64,000 nt of DNA from NCBI GenBank assembly GCA_028534125.1, contig CM052818.1:31250001-31314000 (forward strand). Direction: 5' to 3'. The stretch's first letter is position 1. Every line of letters begins with the position of its first letter. Below the pieces are notes generated by a model. The model made no database searches and was not told the DNA's origin. It saw only the letters and a program-made list of their open reading frames with translations. The DNA is from Lama glama. Lineage: Eukaryota. Positions 50,401 to 63,110 of the stretch are shown here, in pieces. Made by a program: the position numbers and the translations under genes.

Positions 50401-53400
50401 AAGCAAAGAGAAAGACAAAGAAAGATGAAATGGTATAGTGTGTTATTAACTGTTTCCATGTTTGTCTCCCTTAATAGCCTGTGGACTTTAGGTTATTAGG
50501 GAAGACAGGTCTATGTTTTTTTTTATTAATTATTGTAGTTTCAGAGTCTGCTTATAGGAGGTGCTTAATAAAACTTTTGTAGGACTGATTATTTCCTCTA
50601 CCTGTTATCGTAACATTCCAAATTTAACACATGAATATAAAGCACTTGTTTTTTTAACATTTGTACATAATGGTAATCTAAATTTTAAAATTAAATATAT
50701 TATTTTACTTAGTGCAATAAAAATAGTTCCAAAAAGGACTTTCTTTTTTTTTGACCTTAAAGGATGCAAAATAAATATTCTGCTTCTTAATTCAATGCTG
50801 AACTCAAAACTGAGCTGCTGAAATCTGTACTTGAATAGATAATTAGTAATAATTGTAATGATGTAATTATGAAACACTTAAGTGTGGTCCAGGTACTGAG
50901 CTAAATTCTTTACACAGATGATGCCATTTGTTCCTGACAATAATCCTTAAAAGGCAGGTATACTCATTTTACTAATGTGATGGGGATGGTTTTAGCAAGT
51001 TGATCATCACACTCTAGCTTGGAAAGTAACATTTTTTTCCCTTCTATAGTTGTAATATATACATTTTAGTTATATAGATTGTTTTTCCAATGCCCTAATT
51101 TGTGAAAGTATCACCCTTTTATCTGCTGATGGACAAATGCAAAGCAAACTGCTATCAGCTCTTCAATTTTTACCTCTCAGTTAAAGGAATGAAAAGAAGG
51201 GAACATTTTAGAACATTAAACTTGTAGCATCACAGCATGCTTTGATATTACAAATCAGACAGTGTATTTCATTAGTGATATCTAGACAAGTAATGACTGC
51301 CACATGTGTTAGCCTTGGCAGGCATATCCTTGCTGGTTTATAAGTACTTCCTTTTTCTTGTTTTAATATGACATTTGGTACCCTTGAACTTGTTTTATTT
51401 GGGTAAAAAAAAATTGACCTGGTCCTTTTGCATGCTCAAGTATCTGAGTTTTCTATGTATATTTAATATTATTTCCATGTTACTACTTGCTGCTAAATAA
51501 TTAGTTCCTGAAACTCTTACTGAGTTTCAAACAGTGAAACATATGGTGATCTGTTTCAATGTCAAATTTCCATTCCAAATTTGAAAATTTGCCTATTAAT
51601 ATCCTTAATAATTTCCTTCCTCTGTGCAGGAGTCATGCCTCATCACTCCCAGAATACATGTTAGGCTCACCTTCACATAAAGAGTGGCTAATAAATAGGT
51701 TTATTGCCTCTTGGTAGGGCAAATCAAATCACTTAATTCTTTCTAATGCATTCTCCACTTCTTTTTAGAAATCAAGTGATTTCCCTACAACCTATAAAAT
51801 TGTTTCAGCTAGACAACTTCCTTTTTCGTGATCTAAAAAGCAGTCTATCAAAAGCTCTAGTTAGAGTATTATAAGATCAGTGATACAAGTTTAAACTAAA
51901 TAGGTGACAAAAATGATTTTTAAGTGATGTTTTAAGTCACATCTTCACTCACAAATGTTGTAGAATTACAAGGAGTTTGGATGATGGCCCTTCCTATGCA
52001 GAAGGATCCAGAATTCTTATAGACGCAGCAGGTTGCAGAAATTGTCTGTAGATAGTCTAGGAGTAGAATGATTATGTGAGTGAATCAAAGGCACCAGAAG
52101 GGCAAAGCTGAAGGCAGATATCCTCGAACTCTCGTCATGAGGAAACATAATTATCACTTCTGCTTCAAAACAAACAATTCAATAAAGCAAAATTGAAAAT
52201 GCCATACAGAAGGCAGAAAACTTAGATTGAATCACCTATTGGATGCTGGAATTTGCTACAAGGGACCCTTTTCAAATGCTAGAAAAACAGCAAGAAAGAA
52301 TCCTGGCCTGTTTGTAAATATTGTCAAAGACAGGAAAAGAGACACAAAAGCTTGTAAGAGCAACAGCAAGCCTAGAGGGAACTACTGGGTGAAAGTCCAT
52401 CCCTTACAGCAAGATGCTTTGATATGCTTTGAATAACAAAGGTGAAATCGCTTTTATCTACAGTTGTATCAATCTACAGGAATACACGTTTGTGTTTTGT
52501 TTTGTTGCTTTGTTTTTTACAGGGTAACACTTAAAATCAATTCACTCTAATAATACTAGGGCTTAAAGAACAGACATCCAATTTCAGTAGTTTTATAACT
52601 TGGGAATTAGGTGAATAGGAGAAAAAAATATATTCTTATTCAGCTGTATGTCTAATTTAAACTTTTAGCAGATGGCAATACACTATCTCCTTTCTCTACT
52701 CTTTTCTCAACATGCCACCCCTCAGTGATTCTCCAGGCTTAGGATAAACACACACTCCAGTACCACCCCTCCCTCAATTCATCCAATTAAAAATAAATAG
52801 AAGCAAGGTCAGCATCCAGCCATGTTGCAGAACACTTTAACATGATATCCTAGAAGAACTCTTGTTACTGTGCTGTGTGCACTGATTATAAACCCCAGAG
52901 AGATGACAACATTTTGTTCTCAATAAAACTAAATGTGGAACAGTATTTCAATTTGAAGACATAATATTTTTTAAGTGTCCTGAAGCTGTCATGAAAGAGC
53001 TATGGCAGTAGGAAGTCCCAAGTGAACCTAACTGAGATTTAATATCTGATGAAGTGGAAAGCAGGCCAATTTGCTAGAGGTTCAATTTGCCAAATAACCG
53101 ATTTGCAGGATTTACAAAATGTACTGTTTACCAAAATCTTGTTTAATCATTGAGTTTGTAGCAATCCAAATTGGAAAGGAAAAAATATTTTTAACAACTT
53201 TTGAAGATTTCTGCAACTTTATTTGATTGGCTCTCACTGTGTATTTTACTAATTTGCTATAGCTGGACAAAACTGAGGGGGAGGGAGGGCAGAGACTGAC
53301 GTCTTAAGAGTCCTGGAGTTCAGGCTCCCAACAGCTGTCCCGGCATCTCCAACATGACTTTGCATCCACCCTCATCTATGTGCACGAATGCTTTGGTATA

Positions 53401-55327
53401 GTAAGGAGGCCCTCTGAAGAGGATGTCTGGGGTCCAGACACAGGAGCAGAAACTAGTAAAAAAGAGAGAAGAGGAAGGCAAGGTACTTTTCCCCAAGGAC
53501 TGAGTCCCCAAGGTCTGAGTCTCAGGGAGAGAGAAGATTCTGATTAAAAGCTCAAGGAACTCTTTCTTGGAGGGACTTCAGTCTGGATGAGGGAATACAG
53601 GGCTGCCTGGCCCTTGGTGGGGGGCGGGGGTGGTGGTTGGCAGCTTGAGGAGACATGGAGCCAAGCCCTAGGCAGTGATATAGTGTCTCATGGCCCATGG
53701 CAGCCGTGCAATGACCTGGTCAAGGTGGATTCCCTGCATAGATTGCAGAATAGACTTCTACCAGAAGGTCAAAGCCCACGAGGTGGTGATACTTGGGGAT
53801 GCCTGGTGGACACCTGAAGGGAGATGATGAGGTTCAGCAGCCAGGCTGGAGGGGGCTCCGACATGGGACTTTTTTGGTATCTGCATCTTTAGGCAGGGAC
53901 ATCTGGAATTATCTTTTAAACATCATTCTTAAATTAAAATCAAGTTGGTCTACTTCTAACAGAGTCAAACTATTTGTCTAAAGGGAGAGCTATTAAAAAA
54001 GGTTACTGTAAACAACTGAGTTCTTCATTACAGATACTGTTAGGAAAGGGTGAAAATTACAAACTATTAACTCTTTAATACCATTTAGTTTCCCTCTTCT
54101 CTTATATTATTAGTTTGCCATCCTGCTCTCTTTGAAAAATTAAATTTGATAATAGATATAAAAACCTTGTATTACAAGAGGGCTTTTTAGACTTCAGAAC
54201 TTCAAGAGATAACTTAATGCATCAAAGTCTATATCTTTGGATCTTAGAATTTTAAATTCAGTATAGCCAGTTTCTATTTAAAGTTTCCCTAGTGTGTTTT
54301 CTATTTCTGAGAAATTTTATAATAACAAATAGTTACTAAAAATAATCTCTTTGAAATTGTAGTAACCACATGAGAAAGATGTTGCATTCTGTAGTCTCAA
54401 CATTATTTTTCTAAAAAACACTGCTATGTTTAAACCACAAATAGTCTAGAAGTTTTATAAACAAAGAAAACTGAATACTCGTGAAATCTCAGAAAATCAT
54501 CAGTTAGAATTGGGTGAGATCTTAGAAGTCTTCTAGTTCTATCTAGTTTATCCTCTTCCCCAGTTCTCCCTAAACTACCTTCAAGGCAGGGGATGTTTCT
54601 AGAGGAAGGCCATGTCCGTCAGGGTCCAGTATTATGTTAGGGACTGGACAAGAAGGAACAAGATCTGGGTTTCACATCACTGGAGAGAGACCGTTCAAGT
54701 TCAGTGGGATCCAGGCAGTGGAAGACTGACTACAGAGACTTGTGAATTTGTTAGTGGATAAGGATGTGGTGACGGAGTCGACAGCTCTTCTAAAAAGCTT
54801 GAGTCTGAAGGGAAGAAAGAGGCAGAGTGAAAGTTGGACTAGGGGTGGGGATTAAAAAAGTGTTCTGCAGATGTATATTCTTTTTTCTTTTTAAACACTG
54901 AAGACATTTGAATGACATTAAATGCTGAAGACAAGGAACCATTATAAGTTAAAGTTTTAAAACATGGTAAAGAAAGGGGACAAAGTTTAGAGTAAGGTTT
55001 CCTGAGGGGGCAGGAGGGATACAGTGTGGAGGTAGAAAAAATGAAAAGAAATTTTAGATAGGAGGATGAGCTATTTCGTTACAACATGAGGAAATAATGA
55101 GTGTAGACTCAGATAAACTCTAGGTTTGAGGAAAGAAAGAGGAAGAGGGTTCTGGTTGGTTGGTGTCTGATTTCTCTGTGAAAGAAATGGGGGTGGGCTG
55201 GGGGTGGGTGCTGGAGTGTTGAGGATGGGCAGGGGAGGCTTGAAATTGCTGCTGTACAGAATGGGAAGACTTACTAGGGAAACACAGAAAACCACCCAGC
55301 ACTGAGAGTCCTTTTGAGATCACCAAC

Positions 55328-55774
55328 TATACTGAGTTGAATAGTGTCTGCACCCCACCCTGCCCCCTACAAATTCCTCTCCACTGGAACCTCAGAATGT
55401 AATCTTATTTGGAAATAGGGTGCAAATGCAAATGTAGTTAAATTGTGATGAGGTTGTACCGGCTTAAGCTGGGCTCTAAATCCAAAATGAGTGGTATCCC
55501 TCTATGAAGAGGAGAGACCCGGAAGAAGGCCATGTGAGACAGAGGCAGAGACTGGAGTTATGTTGCCACAAACCAAGGGACGCGGAGGATTGTTAGCAAC
55601 CATTAGAAGCCACAAGTCAAGAAAGGATCCTTCCCTAGAGACTTTAGAGGGGGCATGGCTGTGGACACCTTGATTTCAGGCTTCTAACTTCCAGACTGTG
55701 AGAGTAAGTTTCTATTGTTTTAAGCCACCCTGGTTTGTGGTGATTTGTTATAGCAGCCCTAGGAAACTAACCCA
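55328..55774 (+). mobile_element. MaLR MLT1C-like solo LTR
   Basis: tatactgagttgaatagtgtc...gaacctcagaatgtaatcttatttggaaataggg...aggccatgtgagacagaggcagagactggag...ttgttatagcagccctaggaaactaaccca. Confidence 0.9.
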
Positions 55775-57111
55775 GAAACCAAGCATTTATTCTGGCAGCA
55801 ATCTGCATGGTTTGGGGAACTTCTCCAGCAGAGCTCAAAGCCAGTGCAGGTGTAGCAAAGGTGGGCAGCTGGCAGGACCCAGGACTGCATCTCGACCAAG
55901 TGTGGGCAATAGGGCTAAGGTGTTGAGGATACTGGCAAGAATATGGTTTAAAGGATGGGCCACAGAGTATAACTGGGATGGGAGAAAAGAGTGAAGGCAG
56001 GAGGACGATTACAAATAGAAAAAGAGTAAAGCCATTAGGGAGGAGAGATCTTAATGAGGGTAAAGAACAGCTATGGGGGGGGACTAACTTACTAACAGTT
56101 GTAATATGAGGCTGTGATCAGACAATGAGACGTTTAAAGTTAGTTTAACAAGTGGAGCAATTCCAGAAGACAAAATTCAAAGTATGAAGTAGCATGGATG
56201 ATGAGGAGATAAAGAAACTGAGCTAAATGTGCCATCATGTAGATGAAGTTACCTAAGAGGATGGCTAGACCAGGGATGGAATGGAAGGCTAAACCAAGTG
56301 CTAAGCCTCCTCTCTCCAGTGAAATGAGGGCTGAGGCAAAGGATGGAGAAAAGGTTTGAATGATATCTGAGAAGAGTAAAAGTTGCTGTATGTAGACACA
56401 AAAGGCTCAAAAAAAAAAAGTTTTTTAACTCCAATGTTCATTAAGTCAGGGTTTATTAAGAACATCTAAGGTAGTAAGATATGACAATAAACAGCTTTCA
56501 TTTGAGAGAGCAACAGGAAAGTACCATAAGATCAGGAGATGGCTGTTTTAATGAAAGCAATAAGGAAGACAGGATGTTCAACACAGGTGGTGGTTGGAAA
56601 AATGGCCCACCCCTATGTTGACAGAGATGATTTTTCTTATTTTCCTCATGTTTCTCTTACAGAGATTGTAACCTAGCTATTACAAAGTCATTCTGATAGC
56701 TGAAACTTTACTTGTATTCATATGCTTTAAGGAATACTAGAGTTTTAAAAATACAGTGATGTTGGTTCCTTATCAGGAGCGCACTTGGTTCTTCCCTTCT
56801 CATGGGCACCAAAATACACTGTTGGAACAATCACTGATACTTCATGATGTGCTTGGGAAGCAAAGGACAATCACTGAAGACATAAAACCTTAGTATCAGA
56901 GTCTAGAATATCTTAGCCAGTTCTTAAGGATTTGAATCATTACAGAGGTCTCGTGACCCTAACATAGAAAAAATTCAGACTAATTATCATCATGGAAAGT
57001 TTTTTTTCTAAGCTGCGTCATCAACTATGACCAAATTCTGTTACTTGGAAAGGACACTGTCCAATTATAGACAGTGAACTAGAAAACTACAAGAGATTCA
57101 GAATGATGATC

Positions 57112-59777
57112 ATTAGGTTCATCCTTGTTGCTGCAAATGGCATTATTTTATTCTTTTTATGGCTGAATAGTATTCCATTGTATAAATATTCCATAGTTTC
57201 TTTATCCAGTCATCTGTCAATGGACATCTAGGTTGCTTCCATGTCTTGGCTATTGTATATAGTGCTGTTAGGAACATAGGGGTCCATATATCTTTTCAAA
57301 TTAAGAGTTCCCTCAGGATATATGCCCAGGAGTGGGATTGCTGGGTCATATGCTAAGTCTGTTTTTTAGTTTTTTGAGGAATCTCCATACTGTTTTCCAT
57401 AATGGCTGCACCAAACTACATTCCCACCAGCAGTGTAGGAGGGTTCACTTTTCTCCACACCCTCTCCAGCATTTATCATTCATGGATTTTTGAATGATGG
57501 CCATTCTCACTGGTGTGAGGTGCTACCTCATTATAGCTCTGATTTACATTTCTCTGATAATTAGAGATATTGAGCATTTTTTCATGTGCCCATTGGCCAT
57601 CTGTATGTCTTCATTGGAGAATTGCTTGCTTAGGTCCTCTGCCCATTTTTGGACTGAGTTTTTTTGGTTTTCTTTTGTTGTTGTTATTAAGTTGTATGAG
57701 CTATTTATATATTCTGGAAATTAAGCTTTTGTCAGTCACATCATTTGCAGATATTTCCTCCCATTCCGTAGGTTGTCTTTTTGTTTTGCTTACAGTTTCC
57801 TTTGTTGTGCAAAAGCTTGTAAGTTTAATTAGGTCCCATTTGTTTATTTTTGCTCTTATTTCTATTGCCTGGGTAGACTGCCCTAGGAGAACATTGCCAA
57901 GATTTATGCCAGAGAATGTTTTGTTTGTTTTCTTCTAGGAGGTCTATCATGTCTTGTCTTAAATATAAGTCTTTAAGCCATTTTGAGTTTATTTTTGTGT
58001 ATGGAGTGAGGGAGTGTTCTAAATTCATTGATTGACATGCTGCTATCCAGTTTTCCCACCACTTCTTAAAGAGACTGTCTTTTCTCCATTGTATATTTGT
58101 GCCTCTTTTGTTGAAGATTAATTGACCATAGGTGTGTGGGTTTATTTCTGGGCTCTCTTTTCTGTTCCATTGATCCATATGTCTGTTTTTATGCCAGTAC
58201 CACACTGTTTTGATTACTGTAGCTCTGTAGCATTGTCTGAGGTCTGGGAGGGTTATTCCTCCAGCTTCATTCTTTTTTTCAATATTACTTTGGCAATTCT
58301 GGGTCTTTTGTGATTCCATATAAATTTTAGGATTAGTTGTTCTAGTTCTGTGCAAAATGTCCTAGGTAATTTGATAGGGATTGTATTAAATCTGTAGAGT
58401 GCCTTGGGCAGTATGGTCATTTTAAGGATATTGATTCTTCCAATTCAAGAGCATGAGATGAGGGGGGAATGTATAGCTGAAATGGTAGAGTGCATGCTTA
58501 GTATGCACAAGGTCCTGGGTTCAATCTCCAGTACCTTCTCCAAAAATAAAGAAATAAATAAACCTAATTACCTCCCTCTCCAGCTCCCCCAAAAAACCTA
58601 AATAAATAAATCACACTCCAAGAGCATGGGATATCTTTTCATTTCTTTAAGTCATCTTTAATTTCCTCAATCAGTGTTTTGTAGTTCTCCATGTATAAGT
58701 CTTTCACTTCCTTGGTCAGATTTATTCTTAAGTATTTTATTGTTTTGGATGCGATTTTAAAAGGGATTGTTTCTTTACTTTTTTTTCCCCTGCTAATTCA
58801 TTGTTAGTTTAAAGAAATGAGACCAATTTTTATATGTTGATTTTGTATCCTGCTACCTTTCCAAATTCTTTTATCAGCTCTAATAGTTTTTGTGTGGAGC
58901 TCTTAGGGTTTTCTATATATAGTATCATGTCATCTGCATATAGTGACAATTTTAGCTCTTCTCTTCCAATTTGGATCCTTTTATTTCTTTTTCTTGCCTG
59001 ATGGCTGTGGCTAGGACTTCCAAGACTACAATGAATGAAAGTGGTGAGAGTGGGCATCCTTGTCTTGTTCCAGACTTTAGTGGGAAGGGTTTCAGTTTTT
59101 CACCATTGAGTATTATGCTGGCTGTGGGTTTGACATAAATAGCTTTTATTATGTTGAGATATGTTCCTTCTGTCCCACTTTGGTAAGAGTTTTTATCATA
59201 AATTGGTGTTGAATTTTATCAAATGCTTTTTCTGTATCTATTGAGATGATCATGTGGTTTATGTCCTTTCTTTTGTTGATGTGTATCACATTGATTGATT
59301 TGCATATGTTGAACCATGTGTGGGATGAATCCAACTTGATCATGGTGTATGATCTTTTCTCTGTGCTGTTGGATTCTATTTGCTAATATTTTGTTGAGGA
59401 TTTTTGCAGCTATGTTCATCAGTGATATTGGCCTATAATCTTTTTTGGTACTGTCTTTGTCAGGATGGTTTTGGTATCAGGATGATGGTGGTTTCATAGA
59501 ATGAGTTTGGGAGTACACTCCTTTCTTTTCAATCTTTTGGAAGAGTTTGAGAAGGACTGGTATGATTTCTTCTTTGTATGTTTGGTAGAATTCCCCAGTG
59601 AAGCCATCTGGTCCTGGACTTTCATTCGCAGGGAGGTTTTTTATTGCTACTTCTATTTCACTTCTAGTGATTGGTCTGTTCAAGTGGTCTACTTCTTGAT
59701 TCCATCTTCATGAACTATATGCTTCTAGAAACTTGTCCATTTCTTTTAGGTTGTCCAATTTGTTTCCATATAGTTGT
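57112..59777 (-). mobile_element. LINE-1 ORF2 fragment (RT region to near the C-terminus), truncated at both ends, frameshifted and interrupted by a SINE
   Basis: Minus-strand ORF2 peptides [11 protein letters not shown]...[61 protein letters not shown] (RT YADD motif) and [27 protein letters not shown]. Confidence 0.96.
58460..58618 (+). mobile_element. tRNA-derived SINE, camelid Vic-1-like
   Basis: A-box-like tagctgaaatggtag, B-box ggttcaatctcc and an A-rich tail with aaataaataaacctaattacctccc. A 14-bp TSD, caagagcatgagat (58446-58459) / caagagcatgggat (58619-58632), duplicates host L1 sequence. Confidence 0.9.
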
Positions 59778-59788
59778 TGAGATGTCTT

Positions 59789-60319
59789 TTTTTTTTCCTT
59801 CAAATTGTAGTTGACTTACAATGTTATATTAGTTTCAAGTGTACAACATAGTGATTCAGTATTTTTATAGATTTACTCCATTTAAAATTATTATAAAATA
59901 TTGGCTACATTCCTTGTGTTGTACGATATATTCTTGTATCTTTTTTATTTTACATCTAGTAGTTATACCTCTTAATCCCCTTCCCCCAACCTCTCCTATC
60001 CTTACTCCCTCCCCACTGGTAACCACTAATTTGTTCTCTGTATCTGTGAGTCTGTTTCTGTTTTGTTATATTCATTCATTTTATTTTTTAGATTCCACAT
60101 ATAAGTGAAAACATACAGTATTTGTCTTTCTTTGTCTGACTTATTTCACTAAGCATAATGTCCTCCAGATACATCCATGTTGTTGCAAATGGCAAAATTT
60201 CATTCTTTTATGGCTGAGTAATATCCCACTGTATGCACACACACATATGTATATATACCACATCTTCCTTATGCATTAATCTGCTAATGGATACTTAGGT
60301 TGCTTCCGTATCCTGGCTA
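59789..60319 (-). mobile_element. Short 5'-truncated LINE-1 3' end with T-tail and TSD
   Basis: A T run, then tagttgacttacaatgttatattagtttcaagtgtacaacatagtgattcag...ggttgcttccgtatcctggcta. The TSD is tgagatgtctt (59778-59788) / tgagttgtctt (60324-60334). Confidence 0.9.
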
Positions 60320-60563
60320 AAACTGAGTTGTCTTAATACAAGTATAGTTAATTGGCTGTGGAAATTTAGGGAAGGGAAAGACTATTTCTAGCTGATAGAA
60401 TCAGAAAGCTTCATGGACGAGATGGACACAAATAGTAATGATCTTTTTTCTCTCATCTTCTCGCCCATTTCAAATATCCCTGTGTAATAATTTCAGCAGG
60501 AAAAAAAAAAACCAGAACAAAGCTAAAATCTGAGTGATTATTCCAAGAAAACACCACATATGA

Positions 60564-60590
60564 TACACACACACACACATATACATACAC
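60564..60590. repeat. (CA)n/(TA) microsatellite
   Basis: tacacacacacacacatatacatacac. Confidence 0.85.
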
Positions 60591-62084
60591 CAATATATAG
60601 AGCCTGAAAAACCCAATGAGTGGAAATTTAACATTACAGGCAGAAACTGGCACAAAAATGATGGCTTTTTGGGGCAAGAGTTCTTTTCCTATATCTTCTG
60701 CATTTTTTTCCACTTCACTTGATAATCCACTGGCCTATTACGGACAACTTCAGCAGACAGATTTAGAACTTGAGGGTTTTATCTGTTCTGACAACTCTCT
60801 CCCAGTGTGAAAGTATGATGTTTTAGCACTGTCTTGCCAGAGACTGCACTGGGGTTGTGGTGGGAAAACCTGAATATAAGTGGATGGACAGGTATCACTG
60901 AAATAAGGAAAAAATTCTCTGGGCCGTGGGTAGGGACGATGTCAGTCGAATGGGAAATGCTGCTATTACTCTGATGAAACAGAAGACGACTTTTTAGTGC
61001 ACTTTAATAAAACAATGACGCCTATGATCTTGGAGTCTGCAGAAATGGAATTTGAGTCATGACTGCTATTTGTACCTCTATATCCAAACAGCAAAAGAGG
61101 CAATTAGAAGCATCTGAGGAACTTCTGGTTTAGCTCCTCAAATGAATAATGCCAAATAAAATTCTGTAATGCAAATTAAGATCTAAATACTGAATTTTAT
61201 TATTAAGCCACAATAATGTCATACTAATAAATACCCAATAAATGGCTAGTTATGTCTGTTAGCTAACTTAGCTCTATCTTAAATTTGTGTGGGTCAACAC
61301 TTTAGATAAAAACACCCCCTACCCCCCTTAAAAAAAAGAGTAATAAGAATACAAAATAAAATTAACTGGTTCATAGGTTAGAAAAAATGGTCAGCAGAAT
61401 ACAAAGATCTGAATTCAAAATTCTGAAGTGACATTAAAGAGGGTGACCTTTGTAAGAGAAAGGTAATCTGCTTCAATTTATGGAAATGTTATGAACTCCT
61501 AGCCAATAGGAATCAAGTCTTCACAAAGCTAGGACTTCTCAGGCATGCCCCATCATACTTTACTGAGTCTAACACTGCCACTCTTTTGCAATTGCTTTGT
61601 CATTTTCATCATTATCCTCCTAGCCAAACCTTGCAGGGCCAACAGCATAAGTTGCTCAAGTTGGTTCTTTCAAAATAGCAGTAAGTTACTAAGTGAGAAA
61701 CTTAAAGGGAAGCCTAATCTTTGGGTATGTGGTACATTATGCTGTTAGCACCCTTACTGTTAGAAAAGCCAAGGTAAAAGCTGCATGATGAACGAAGGTG
61801 GATACAACAGAGACTGAGCTCAGTGAGACCTCTTACTGCTGAGGAGAGTACAAATAAGCCAAATACTAAAAATAGTAACTTTAGCCACCAAGTTAGAGTA
61901 ATCACCTACAAATACAACGTATTTTACTGCTATTGTGAAAGGGATGTTAAATATATACATAAAATAATATTCTCCAAGTTGATGCCTGAGGGTTATTAGC
62001 CTGTTAAAGAATTCTGACAAACTTGACCTTCCTCGAGAAGCCCATCCACCACTCTCATACAATTTGGCTGTAGTGGATTTGCTC

Positions 62085-62250
62085 CATTCATTAATTGATT
62101 CATTCATTGTTTACTGAACAAAGCAGCACTGCCCTGTGCAGAGAGAGGCAGAGAAAGAGAGACACTGACAAACCCATGATTCTTGCCCCAAAGGAACCTA
62201 CAATCTGGGAGAGAAGGTAGAATATATTTGCAAATGATGTGATTCTGAAG
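62085..62250 (-). mobile_element. L2 3' end fragment
   Basis: cattcattaattgattcattcattgtttactgaaca...cttgccccaaaggaacctacaatctggga. Confidence 0.65.
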
Positions 62251-62559
62251 AGTGGTTCAGCTGTTGCAGGAGACTGGAGGGGAACTGACAGCACTGCAGG
62301 CTGAAGAGACCAGGAAATGATCTATCTGAGGCAGGCATAAAAGAACAGGTAGACATGGTGAAAGGCAGAAGAGACAAGTGCGTTGAAGGAGGTGCAGGGA
62401 AGGAGTGAGGCCAGTGCAAGACGTCTCCACTTTAGATGGAGCTTAAAGCTACCATGAGAAGTCAGGCTGGGCCTACAGCATGAGGCTGGAGAGCTCAGCA
62501 ATGCTTTTATTTGTTTTTATCAGCTTCCTTTTCCCACCTTCCACAGCAACTATTCTAAA

Positions 62560-63110
62560 CTATCACTAATCACCTGTGTCCCCTCCTCTCACTCCAACAA
62601 TCATCATGTTATCTAACCCCTGACCTGACAGACAGAACAGGCTTTTATCAAAGCACCCCTTGCTTTCTCAGCCCTTACTCTCCAAACCAAAATATATACT
62701 CAAGGCCCGTCTTGCTTCCTGCCTTAGAAAATGAGAAATCCCCTTAACTCTGTTTCTGTTCCTGTCCGCTCCTGATTTCTCAGAAAATCCGCTCCATCAT
62801 TAATGCATTTCACTTTCAGCTTTTCCTCTATTAAATTTTCTCAGCATTTAGGAATACTTAACTCCCCTAGTCATCCTTGACATGGCTTCCCCTTCTACTG
62901 ACTACTCCAGCTCTCTGCCCTCCTTTATCAGCAAACTCCCTGAAGGAATCACCTAAACTTGCTATCTGCATTCACCCACATCAGCCTCCACTCCACCCAC
63001 ATCTGGTGTCTGGCACCCCTATGCCTGTGAAACTATTCTATAAGGTCAACAAATACATCCTAGTTGCTGCAACCAAAGAACTCTTCTCAGACTTTATGTC
63101 CAAAGAGTCT
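62560..63110 (+). mobile_element. L2 internal fragment
   Basis: cctttatcagcaaactccctgaagga...gaaactattctataaggtcaacaaatacatcctagttgc. Confidence 0.5.

Noticed and set aside
58460..58535. Possible tRNA gene
   Set aside because: The acceptor stem is degenerate, and the A-rich tail and TSD identify it as a SINE.
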